A stretch of DNA of 24,335 nt, taken from the NCBI GenBank assembly GCA_905250025.1, contig CAJNOJ010000203.1:1-24335 (forward strand), in the 5' to 3' direction. The position numbers and the translations under genes are program-made. Shown here piece after piece: positions 1-9,717 of the stretch. Position 1 is the first letter of the stretch; each line of letters starts with the position of its first letter. The DNA is from Adineta ricciae. Lineage: Eukaryota. The notes below the pieces were generated by a model that searched no databases, was not told the DNA's origin, and saw only the letters and a program-made list of their open reading frames with translations.

Positions 1-555
1 TGAAATAGCCGCCGGGGTCTAGTGGACATTCGTTGAGTTCTGTTAAGTCACGATCTGTCATTTCCGCGAGAAGACAGTATGCTGAACGCAACATGATGGG
101 TATATCGCCGATATGTACCTTTTCATACTTTTTCTCTTCGGGTGGTGAATTATCTTTATAAACAGTTTTATTTAGATCGACATATAAGGGTGCTGCATAG
201 GTTAAGTTTCTTAAGCGAGCTTCATTAGGCCAAAGATGGGCTACTCCGTCATTGGCTTGGTGAACTGGTTTGGACAAATAGACTTGTCCGAATTTAAGGG
301 TACACTTTAGTGCTGCTTTATGAGCTGTATGAGTATATTGTGCTTGTGCTTGCAGTTCAATCGGTAGAGAATCTTCTACAATGCGTTGTACAGACATCTG
401 AATGAACTCATCGAATGAGTCAAGTTGCTGACGAACAAGACCTTTCTCGTCGAAATAGGATGATATGACTGTCCAGCAAGCTTCTTGCCAAAGTTCAGGT
501 GTAATATCTCGATCATCATCGTTTTCGATTTGCGCTTGGTCATTGCTCGAATACA
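1..555 (-). CDS. POLR2B: RNA polymerase II second-largest subunit (RPB2/POLR2B), N-terminal ~185 codons; gene continues beyond window start
   Basis: Minus-strand translation from the ATG at 555-553 gives [70 protein letters not shown]...[36 protein letters not shown]. This is near-identical to human POLR2B ([45 protein letters not shown]..., [32 protein letters not shown]). No intron in this stretch. The listed 74-aa ORF 376..600 is a different, spurious frame. Confidence 0.93.
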
Positions 556-876
556 TGTTATTACTAAGTTGTTCTGCAATGAAATAATGAAAAATCCCAA
601 ATGACGGTGCTTATATGCGCCTGAGAAGCAAAAAGATGGCCAATCCGATAAATTGTACCAAACTAGATGTTTTCAAATGTTCTCGAAACTTTCACGGTTG
701 AGTTTTCTGAGAAGCTGTAGGTGTTTTTCTAGTTTCGATTAAAGATGGCTCTGTAGTCTAATGAAAAGTAATCATTGGTGCGCATCTCACCAATCGAAAT
801 CATCGAGTTTACAGACAAAATCAGAATGCATGTTTTCCGTTTTTGAAAACAGTACAGCACGCGGAAAGGAGAAAAG
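556..876. promoter_or_regulatory. Short (321-bp) divergent intergenic region between the POLR2B (minus) and NDH-2 (plus) start codons; putative bidirectional promoter with CCAAT boxes, and a polypyrimidine-AG acceptor 17-24 nt upstream of each ATG
   Basis: CCAAT at 640-644 and 790-794 (plus) and ATTGG at 774-778. The acceptor ttcattatttcattgcAG on the minus strand ends about 17 nt upstream of the POLR2B ATG. The acceptor tttttgaaaacAG (about 841-853) lies 24 nt upstream of the NDH-2 ATG (877). Confidence 0.4.
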
Positions 877-3144
877 ATGTTTTCTCGGTCGAATCTGGTT
901 CTTCAACAATTACTGATAAAGAATGCATCCCGGAATAGTTCGCTGGAACAAGTTCAATATGTGAAGCCAATACTTACTCGTAATCTTGCTTGGTTCCGCG
1001 GTCAAGCAGTGAAGGAAGCTTTTGGTATGTGAATAAAACAATATTTTGCTATGACTTGAGCTTATCTGTCGAATGTGACTAGGGACAAGGCTGAAGCGGC
1101 GCTTAAGAAATCTTCTCGTCGTAACGATTGTGGGTGGTGGTTTTTATTACGGTTATCGTAGTTATAAGAACTATAAGTGGTATCAAGAAATAACGGAGTC
1201 GGATGAAGTTATTGGTTCAAAGCCTCGGATCGTTGTATTGGGATCAGGTAAGTGATTGATTAATTATCGATTGAATGGAAATCAAGGTTTGTTTAGGATG
1301 GGGTGCTGTGCCATTATTAAAACATCTGGATAGCAAAAAATATGAAGTTGTTTGTGTCTCTCCGCGGAATTACTTTTTAATGACGCCTTTATTACCATCT
1401 GTTAGCGTTGGAACGGTGGAAACTCGAACAGTAATAGAATCGATCCGTTCATTAGTTGGACCACGTGTGAAATATGTGGAAGCAGATTGCGTTGATATTG
1501 ATCCGAAATCAAAAACTATTACATGTAATAGCGATGGTGCGAATCCAGTGTCTCGTGGTGATGATGTCAAAGCTATAGTTAAATCATCGAAACGCGAAGG
1601 GGGTGCATCATCACGAATAATCAAAGATTCAGGTACAGGAGGCTTAATATGAACTAACTTTGAGCCAGTCGTTCGTTTGAATTTAGCGCGTAGTAGACCA
1701 CAATTTCAGATGAAATATGATGCACTGGTTGTCGCAATTGGTTCTGAGAATAACACATTTAATACTCCTGGCGTTGAAGAGCATGCTCATTTTTTGAAGG
1801 AAGTCCTCGACGCTCGACGTATACGGTCAGCGATCAGTGATGCATTCGAATCAGCTAACACGCCGTCTCAAACTGATGAAGAAAGAAAGCGGCTTCTTCA
1901 TTTCGTTGTTGTTGGTGGTGGACCAACAGGCGTCGAATTCGCCGCCGAGGTAAGAATAATACGTAACCGATCGCGAAAAATCTGCCCTTTGTTTTCTGTA
2001 TGTAGCTTGCTGATTTAGTTCGTGAAGATCTTCATCATTATTTTCCACGACTTGTTGCCAATGATGTGAAAATAACATTGATTGAAGCACTTGATCATGT
2101 CCTATCTATGATGGTTTGACATCATTCTTTTGCTAAGAATCTAAACATCTCTTTTCATTTATTTACGTGTAGGACAAACAAATTAGTGACTATACAGAAA
2201 AACATTTTCGTCGTGAAAATATCGAAGTTCTCATGAATACATTTGTGAAAGAAGTGAAACAACGTGAAGTTGTTATTCAATTCAAAGGTTCCAATCAATT
2301 AACATCTATTCCATGTTCGGTTGTCGTTTGGGCAACAGGAATCAAGGCACGACCGTTAACAAATCGTATCCGAGAGATCATTGGCCTAAAAGTTCAAAGC
2401 AACCGCATGGGAATTCTGACTGATCGGTATTTACGTGTCAAAGGTGTCGAAGATGGTTCGATCTTTGCTATTGGAGACTGTGCTACCATTGAACAACCTA
2501 AACTAGTCGATCAAATTCAAACATTATTCGAAGAAGCAGATACACAACATCGTGGAGCACTTGATCTTCAGCAATTTAAGTTATTGGTCGAACGAAAAGT
2601 GGCTGAGTTTCCACAGGTAATGTTCCTGTACGTATCACCTTTCAATATTATTGGCTGGTTTTTCTTCTAGCTTGACATCTTCTCGAAAACAATCGAAAAA
2701 ACGTTTCAAGAAGCTGATAAAGATAAATCAGGTTTTCTGACTCTCGCTGCACTTCATTTGGCACTCGAAAAAGCTGATCGCAAAATTCGCGCCCTACCTG
2801 CAACCGCTCAAGTCGCCTCTCAGGAAGGCCGATACGTTGCTGATCTACTTAACCAAATACCAAATTTATCAGCCAACGATTATCAACAACATGATCTCAA
2901 ACCGTTTCGCTACAAACATATGGGCTCATTGGCTTATGTTGGTAGCGATTCTGCTGTGTTAGATTTTACTGGTACAAGACCTATTCTTGATCTCTTCAAC
3001 CTACAGCCGCTATCCGGCCGTAGTGCTGCTTATCTCTGGAAGTCATTTTATTTTACCGAAATGTTTACAGGACGCACGAAGACATTACTGGCATTTGATT
3101 GGATCCGTACGCACTTGTACGGACGAGATATAAGTCGCTACTGA
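877..3144 (+). CDS. Type-II alternative NADH:quinone oxidoreductase (NDH-2, NDI1/NDE/NDB-like) with an EF-hand-like insertion; 7 exons
   Basis: Exons: 877-1024, 1083-1247, 1297-1632, 1687-1949, 2006-2113, 2173-2616, 2671-3144 (stop TGA 3142-3144); all GT-AG, introns 46-59 bp. Protein: an Arg/Ser-rich N-terminal presequence [20 protein letters not shown]... that looks like a mitochondrial targeting signal; a hydrophobic segment [15 protein letters not shown]; then [50 protein letters not shown] (dinucleotide fold 1, split by an intron between GSG and WGA). Further: [41 protein letters not shown] (fold 2), [48 protein letters not shown]. These match yeast Ndi1/Nde1 block by block. A ~75-aa insert between GDCA and LPATAQVA contains two EF-hand-like loops ([15 protein letters not shown] and [15 protein letters not shown]). 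The exon 3/4 junction (1632|1687) is the least certain boundary. Confidence 0.85.
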
Positions 3145-3288
3145 ATACTCAGTCTTTATCATATATTTTTCCCTAGAGAATGTAGAACTCCTCTTTTATC
3201 TCATAATTTAATCTCATTTTTTATGCTTTATCATATATTTATACACAAACTTTCCTCTGACGAAATGAATTACCTGGTCATTTAAAAA

Positions 3289-3312
3289 AATAAAAAGTCA
3301 ATTTCGTTTTAG
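3289..3312 (+). promoter_or_regulatory. Intercistronic processing region: AATAAA (3289-3294) of NDH-2, followed 17 nt later by the 3' splice acceptor tcaatttcgttttAG (AG 3311-3312) that abuts the LSM1 ATG (3313)
   Basis: Sequence ...tttaaaaaaataaaaagtcaatttcgttttag|ATGgattta. The NDH-2 stop is at 3144 and the LSM1 start at 3313. The polyA signal to acceptor to ATG spacing is typical of trans-spliced operon junctions. Confidence 0.55.
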
Positions 3313-3841
3313 ATGGATTTAAGTATCGTAAACGATGATTATTACCTATCCGGTATGGCTGCTTTAGTTGGTGATATTGATAGTGAGTGATTGTTTCACA
3401 GACTTGCTACATATGGAACATATTTGCTTAGAACAGTTGATGATTATGTTACGTGATGGTCGAACGTTGATTGCTCACCTACGCAGTCTTGATCAGTTTG
3501 GTTGGAAACTTCATGAAGAATTCTCTGCTCTATTGTGAGTTTTATTATGTTTAGGTAATCTTGTGCTTCATCAAGCATTCGAACGTATCTGTGTCGGTCG
3601 ACACTATGCAGATATTCCTCGTGGTTTATTCGTTATCCGTGGCGAGAATGTTCTGTTCATTGGCGAATTAGACTTCTATCAACCTTTACGCGTTCCGTTG
3701 GTGGAAGTAACCATAGAAGAAATACTCAAATTGCAGAAAGAAGACATCGAAAAGAAGGAACAGATCGAAAAAGTTCGACGGAAAGCGATGGTTGAACATG
3801 GCCTAGTCGATGAAGGAAATCCGATTGAAGAGCAATATTAA
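3313..3841 (+). CDS. LSM1: LSM1 (Sm-like protein of the cytoplasmic Lsm1-7 mRNA-decay ring); 3 exons
   Basis: Exons 3313-3382, 3432-3500, 3555-3841 (stop TAA 3839-3841); introns 49 and 54 bp. Protein ...MAALVGDIDKQLMIMLRDGRTLIAHLRSLDQFGNLVLHQAFERICVGRHYADIPRGLFVIRGENVLFIGELD... aligns with human LSM1 (LIEDIDKKHLVLLRDGRTLIGFLRSIDQFANLVLHQTVERIHVGKKYGDIPRGIFVVRGENVVLLGEID). The start may instead be the internal Met (MAAL) at about 3355. Confidence 0.85.
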
Positions 3842-3861
3842 CTTGTTTGAAGCAAACGTCT

Positions 3862-4006
3862 AATAAACTATTGTTATTCTTGTTGTTTTTGCCTTGTGAT
3901 GATTGTAAATGTCATCACTCTCTTTTTTTTCATAGTCAGATTACCCGATGTACTTTTCCGTTCATCTTGTTTATCAATCGCATTTTGATAGAAGAAAATT
4001 TCAGAT
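3862..4006 (+). promoter_or_regulatory. Intercistronic region LSM1-PAN2: AATAAA at 3862-3867; candidate acceptors tctttttttttcatAG (AG 3934-3935) and gaaaatttcAG (AG 4003-4004), the latter 2 nt upstream of the PAN2 ATG (4007)
   Basis: The LSM1 stop is at 3841 and the PAN2 ATG at 4007 (165 bp apart). Two polypyrimidine-AG acceptors lie in the spacer; the second leaves only 'at' before the ATG. Confidence 0.5.
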
Positions 4007-5888
4007 ATGGATGGCTCTGGTGATACCCCATATGCATTGGATTATTCAGAATCCATGGCATTTTTTAATAGTGCATACAATCAAACAAGTGCACAGTCGA
4101 TAACAGCGACGGAATTCGATAGTACTCAAGAGTTACTCTGGGCGGGAAGTAATGAGGTAAGGATTGATGATGTTCTCGGGAAATTATCTTTTGAAGTCCC
4201 ATTAGGGACGTGTGGCATCATTTTATGGTTGTGAACTCCGAAAACATACCGGCTTTCGTGTTTCAACAACTTCCGACATTCGAAGTATATTATCGATTGC
4301 ACAAGGACCACTCATACTCGCTTCCGATTCACTTTCATTGTATACAAGACAAGGTTTAAATATCTTCACTCATAGGTAAATATTTGAGATATACCACTCG
4401 TTGGATTGGTGTGTCTTTTAGAGCTCCTTATCTTGACAATATGCAGTGTATGTTAATACCACAATCTCATAAACAAAAGAAAATCTATGTCGGCGGTTAT
4501 AACGGACAATTATGTGAAATGGATTTTGATAAACGAACGTTGCTTCGTCAGGTAATCATGTGAATTAATACGAAAATTACGCTTACCTTTTGAACGATGT
4601 TTCGTAGGTGACCGTCGATGAGGGTGATTGTATCATATTGAAATATTGTACGCGAAATTTCATTGCAACTGGCTCGACCAACGGTGTCGTGAATCTACGC
4701 GACCCAAATTCACTTCAAGTTATTCAACGTTTTACACCTCATCATGGAAGTTTGTCTGATTTAGATATCAATAATATGTATTTAGTTACGTGTGGTTTTA
4801 CACGAAAGTAAATCTTACACATTGAAAATACCTATGTGTTCTAGAAATCTTCGTGTTTGCTCTAGAATGGATCATATGAATCTCGATCGATTCCTTGTTG
4901 TTTACGATCTACGAAACATGCAACAATTAGCGCCGGTACCGGTTTATATCGATCCATGTTTTCTTCATTATCATACAATGACAAGTACATCGGTTATGGT
5001 TGCCTCTCAAGTAACGATAGTTTCTAGCGAGATTTCATCCAAAAACTCCGCTTTCTAGTATGGACATCATACACAAGTTGATTTAACAGGTGGTTTAACT
5101 CATACCTACTCACCGATCATTAATCTAACAACTAATCCTGCTGGTATTATAACAACATTTAGTGTTTCAACCAGTATGCATTGTACAGCATTTGGCCATT
5201 CAACAGGTAAATGACATATTGAAATTCTCAATAGTTTGGCAAGTTTGATCTTAGGTACCATACATCTATTATATAAAAATGATCCACAGTGTTGTTTTAA
5301 CTATCAATCGGTTGAAACACAATTTGCCAATCCAGTACGTAGTTTTTCATTTCGCATTAGATCTCGATGTGTATTACATTCGTATATATCTCTGTTTCAG
5401 CCAGTTGATCCAAAAGTAGGAGATCTTAACGATCCAATGAGCTCTCTGTCGAGCGTACCTATTCCAATAACATCACATAAACTCTTGTCAGATATGCCTA
5501 AACAATGGACCAAATCGATCGCCAGGTAGGAAAAACAAATCAACAAAGAATGAAGTCAACAGGGGTATCTTGTTTTAGGCCAACACCGAAGATTCCAAAG
5601 GAGTTTCTTGATAATGTTCGTGTGTTTCAAGGTCTTGCTTGTGTTAAAAATCCATCAACACGTCGTGCTAATCAATGGCCCTATCCACCCGATGCAGACA
5701 CGTTGGCACCACGTGAACAAATAAAATTTTTACCTGACGAAGATGAAAATACGAATCCGAACGAGAAAAGTAATCCAGACGGAACAGCAAATGAAACTGA
5801 AGCCAACAATCTTAATTTCGATGCTCTATCACTTGATCAACAACCTCAAGATAAAGCACCAACACCTCCAACAACAGCGAACACATGA
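4007..5888 (+). CDS. PAN2-like protein comprising only the N-terminal WD40 beta-propeller and the PAN3-binding linker; no UCH-like or DEDD exonuclease domains before the stop; 9 exons
   Basis: Exons 4007-4156, 4206-4375, 4422-4551, 4608-4807, 4845-5010, 5059-5206, 5255-5334, 5401-5525, 5579-5888 (stop TGA 5886-5888); introns 37-66 bp. Colinear matches to human PAN2: ELLWAGSNE|GRVASFYGCELRKHTGFRVSTTSDIRS (human EEMLWVGSHGGHATSFFGPALERYSSFQVNGSDDIRQ); KIYVGGYNGQLCEMDFD; FIATGSTNGVVNLRDPNSLQVIQRFTPHHGSLSDLDINNMYLVTCGF (human FFCGHTSGKVSLRDLRTFKVEHEFDAFSGSLSDFDVHGNLLAACGF); LDRFLVVYDLRNMQQLAPVPVYIDPCFLHY (human CDRFLKVYDLRMMRAITPLQVHVDPAFLRF); GLACVKNPSTRRANQWPY (human GYAPNPRTRLRNQIPY). The ORF then runs into a low-complexity acidic tail and stops. 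Only AT-rich non-coding sequence with an AATAAA (5989-5994) follows before CRIPT. Confidence 0.8.
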
Positions 5889-6238
5889 AATGTTATTAGT
5901 GAAACTTTCTTTCCCTTTTATACATACTTTTGTCTTCATTTATTCCATATTTTGTTGTTGGTTATTCTTATTGCGTATACATATATAGAATAAAAAAATA
6001 TTTTCTTTTCGTTTCTCGTATACAGTGCATCTCTGTACGGATCATCAACACATTTTCCAATGTATCAATTGGTGCGAGGTACATACATATGCATGGCAAG
6101 AACAAGCTCCATCTATGCTCAAAAGAGGACGCGAGTTGTTTCTGGCAACTATATATTGGTTGAGTTTTGTACAGAAGAAAAGAGTGAATCTATAATATTG
6201 TCGTCGTTTCATTTCATTTCGTTTACCTAATAACAATC

Positions 6239-6753
6239 ATGGTTTGTGATGCATGTAAGTTTGCCTTCGACTTATTTGTCTGAAATAAAGACGAAATGTT
6301 GATTTAGGTCAAAAGAAAGTTGGTCGTATCGCCACTCAAGATGTTTGGAAAAGTATGTTGAAGAAATGTTATAACTATTAATTATTGATGGTTTTCATAT
6401 TTTAGGTGGTTCACGCAATACCGTCGGTATGATGACTTTCCCCTCAATTCATTCTGCATTCGTTTTCTCGTTTTAATAGAAAGTGGCGGTAAAAAACTGA
6501 ATGAAAACAAATTGCTATCAGGCAAATCTTCTCGGTATATTGGATTTCGAACAATAACTTCATTCTTATCATCTCTTACTCTTATAGGTACAGCCCATAT
6601 ACGACAAAGTTTAACAAGTGTAAACTCTGCAAATCAACAATTCATCAGCCCGGAAGTGCTTATTGCCAAGGTTGTGCGTACAAATTAGGCATATGTGGCA
6701 TGTGTGGAGTGAAAATTTTAGAAACAAAAAATTATCGTCAGTCTGCTGTTTAA
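6239..6753 (+). CDS. CRIPT: CRIPT (cysteine-rich PDZ-binding protein); 5 exons
   Basis: Exons 6239-6254, 6308-6352, 6406-6426, 6480-6534, 6588-6753 (stop TAA 6751-6753); introns 53 bp each. Protein MVCDACQKKVGRIATQDVWKSGSRNTVESGGKKLNENKLLSGKSSRYSPYTTKFNKCKLCKSTIHQPGSAYCQGCAYKLGICGMCGVKILETKNYRQSAV aligns along its length with human CRIPT (MVCEKCEKKLG...CRICKSSVHQPGSHYCQGCAYKKGICAMCGKKVLDTKNYKQTSV). The C-terminal -QSAV is a PDZ ligand like human -QTSV. Confidence 0.85.
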
Positions 6754-6793
6754 ATCGATCCCTTTTGCGTTATGATTGTAATTACATACGAGT

Positions 6794-6829
6794 AATAAAG
6801 ATCTCCTCTAATTTGTTTTTCAGATAAAT
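6794..6829 (+). promoter_or_regulatory. Intercistronic region CRIPT-HINT: AATAAA at 6794-6799, acceptor atttgtttttcAG (AG 6822-6823) 6 nt upstream of the HINT ATG (6830)
   Basis: The CRIPT stop is at 6753 and the HINT ATG at 6830 (76 bp apart). Sequence gagtaataaagatctcctctaatttgtttttcag|ataaatATGtcg. Confidence 0.55.
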
Positions 6830-7267
<438 letters not shown>

Positions 7268-7433
7268 TAGTTTTGTGGTGGAGATGCTCTTTTTTCAAAA
7301 AGACAGTTTAGTTTAGTGGTGCAGGCCTTTCTCGCAAGAATTTAATAAAAGATATTGCAAAAATCATTTTGAAAATCTCGCAATGATTTATTTAATTATA
7401 TGAAAATATGAGGAGAAAAAGTTGACAATGATC

Positions 7434-9717
7434 TTATTTCGGCATCCATCCGACTGGATAACCTTTAGCTGCATTTTCAGTTTTCAACCATTTGTATAGC
7501 GGTTTAAAGAAGTCCAGGACTGCATTGGACTCAAGTTTTCTTTCACCGGTTAACTGTTCTAAAATGTCCGACCAGGACTTTGATGAACCCATCGCTAGCA
7601 TTTCTTTGAATCTTCGTCCAACTTCTTTGTTGCCATAAATATTACACATGTACAAATCCTCTGTTTGCCCTTTGATTCGACAAAGTGCTCGATAGAATTG
7701 AAACTGAAGAATATGTGCTATGAAGTATCTTGCGTAGGGCACATTGGATGGAATATGATATTTCGCTCCAGCATCGAAATGAACCGCATCATTTCGATGT
7801 ACAGCTGCCATGATACCGCCATGTTCGACACGTAATGCCCACCACATTGAATTTAATTCATAATTACGATTGATTTGATTACGGAAAAGTGCAAAACGGT
7901 ATTTGTCCATGGCGTAAGCAAACGGAAGAAAGGCAACTTTTTGCAATGCTAGACGTAGAAGATAGTTGATTTTAAATTGTTCATTGACAGCATTTTCATC
8001 GAGAAAGCCCAGCTTGATTAAATTGGCCGGAGAAACTTGAGTTTGCATAGAAAACGACAAAGTTTGATGTGCAATTAATAGCGAAACTTACTTGCAAACA
8101 TGCCGATTGTATCGCCGATAGCTTCGTGAAAACCGGAATTTGCTCCAGAACGGTACACAAATGGTTGTGCTTTGTCGTATGACATATAATATTCAATATG
8201 ACCCATTTCATGATGAATGGTATAAAAGTAATCATCGTCGATTTGTGTACAAATTTTCGTGCGATAGTCATCATGGTAGCCCAGATCAAAGGCCGAGGCA
8301 TGACAAACAACATCACGATCTTTCGGCTTTTTGAACATGCTGCGTGCCCAAAATTTCGGTGTCATAGGATAAAGGTCGATAGATGTGAAGAACTGTTCAG
8401 CTGTTTTATACATTTGATGAATGGAAAACTTTTGATCACGTAACACTTGAGTAATATTTGGAACTGGAGCATTTGGATAAGGTATAAAATCATCAAAACG
8501 CGATTCCCAACTCTGAGCCCACATGTTACCTAAAAAGGGCTTTACAATACAAGATATTCTTAGTAAGAAGAATCTACCGAGCAGATGAGCAGGAATAGGT
8601 CCATTACAACTGAATTTATTTGGATACATCGCACACAGACGACCGCGAACATATGCATGAATTTGCTCATACAACGGTGCGATATCTTTGAGAATTTGAT
8701 CCAATATACCTTCAAATTCGGTAGCATTTCCCATCTCATAGTCCTCGATCCATTCTTCCTAAAAGAAAGAAGATCAGTGTTGCTGTATTCGTATAAGGGA
8801 TTTACCTACAGACAAATCACTATAACCGTTTGCTTTGCAGTTCTTATTCAATAAATCGATGTATGTCAGATAAACAGGTCGAACTTTCATTCCGCATGCA
8901 TCATACCATCCTTCCCATGCCCATGTTAAACGGTCGTAATCTTTCTCTTTTTTCATCAATTCCGTTAAATAAGGCTCAATCGTGTGACACTGTTTAGTAT
9001 TATTCAATTCGCAAACAGTTGTCGTTCCGAAGATCGATTCTAACTGTGAGCTCAACTTCGAGGCTACTTCAACTTCGTTATCGTCGTAACTTATTGTACC
9101 TCTTGCACATCGATTCATAACACGTTTCAGGTCTTCGTTTGTCGAATTTTTCAATTGTGCATTGAACTTCTTTGCAATCGGTAGCGTCAGTCGTGCAAAC
9201 GGAGATACCAGCAGGTTCTGATTACTCATTAGTTTCGCATTTTCAGATGTAATGTTCGTTTCATAATTCCATTCAAGTAAACTACTAACCTAAGGCAAAC
9301 TTCGATATATCAACATTCAATTCTTAATCTTACTTGAGAGTAACGTTGTGAAATTCGAGTGTGCCATTCTAACCATCGTGCTGCAGTCGCTTCGTCAGCA
9401 TAGCTTTTAATTTGTGGCATCTTTTTGATCTCATCGCTGTTCAACTGGTTCCATAAGTTAATGTCGACGTGATCGTTCGGATCGACTTGATCTCGAAACT
9501 TTTCTAATGTGTCCAGATCATCGATGTTAGGCTTTTCCCCGTATACCTTCCATAAGATTTCTTCCGTAAACTCAACGCCGTACTCTTCATGAAGAAAAAC
9601 AACAAATGCTTTTAATTCACGTTGAGAAAACTGTGTCCGTTTCTTTAGCGAAGAAGCGAAATGAATCGCACTGATCAACAAAAGAACACAAATTGTATTC
9701 TTCATTTGCCGCTGCAT
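7434..9717 (-). CDS. Angiotensin-converting-enzyme-like M2 zinc peptidyl-dipeptidase; single catalytic domain, secreted/soluble; 4 exons
   Basis: Exons (minus) 9717-9334, 9289-8810, 8758-8092, 8035-7434 (stop TAA at 7436-7434); introns 44, 51 and 56 bp. N-terminal signal peptide MQRQMKNTICVLLLISAIHFASS. ACE-family blocks: WNYETNITSEN, LTWAWEGWYDACG, PAHLLGNMWAQSWE, HASAFDLGYHDDYRTKICT, the zinc motif TIHHEMGHIEYY (HEXXH), GANSGFHEAIGD (second zinc ligand), FLPFAYAMDKYRFALF, GAKYHIPSNVPYARYFIAHILQFQF. The sequence ends ...GYPVGWMPK with no C-terminal TM anchor. Confidence 0.88.

Noticed and set aside
376-600. 74-aa minus-strand ORF ([11 protein letters not shown]...)
   Set aside because: Wrong frame. 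The real minus-strand coding frame here is POLR2B, starting at the ATG at 555. This ORF merely overlaps the promoter-proximal region.
1370-1624. 84-aa minus-strand ORF antisense to NDH-2 exon 3
   Set aside because: It is antisense to a strongly homolog-supported exon. It has no recognisable domain and is typical shadow-ORF composition.
877-3144. NDH-2 as a recent horizontal gene transfer or contaminant
   Set aside because: The gene has six spliceosomal introns of host-typical size. It shares a divergent promoter with POLR2B and is followed in-strand by LSM1 with host-type processing signals. It is therefore integrated and host-like. An ancient origin (vertical or old HGT) cannot be resolved without a phylogeny.
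4157-4234. Extension of PAN2 exon 1 through 4234 (…SNEVRIDDVLGKLSFEVPLGTCGIILWL*)
   Set aside because: The GTAAGG donor at 4157 plus the ccattAG acceptor at 4204-4205 give a 49-bp intron. That intron joins to a +1 frame whose translation (GRVASFYGCELRKHTGFRVSTTSDIRS...) aligns with human PAN2, whereas the read-through does not.
7996-8854. Several overlapping plus- and minus-strand ORFs (7996..8316, 8140..8334, 8198..8443, 8585..8854)
   Set aside because: All overlap ACE exons in other frames or on the opposite strand. The ACE frame is unambiguous (HEMGH, EAIGD motifs), so these are spurious.
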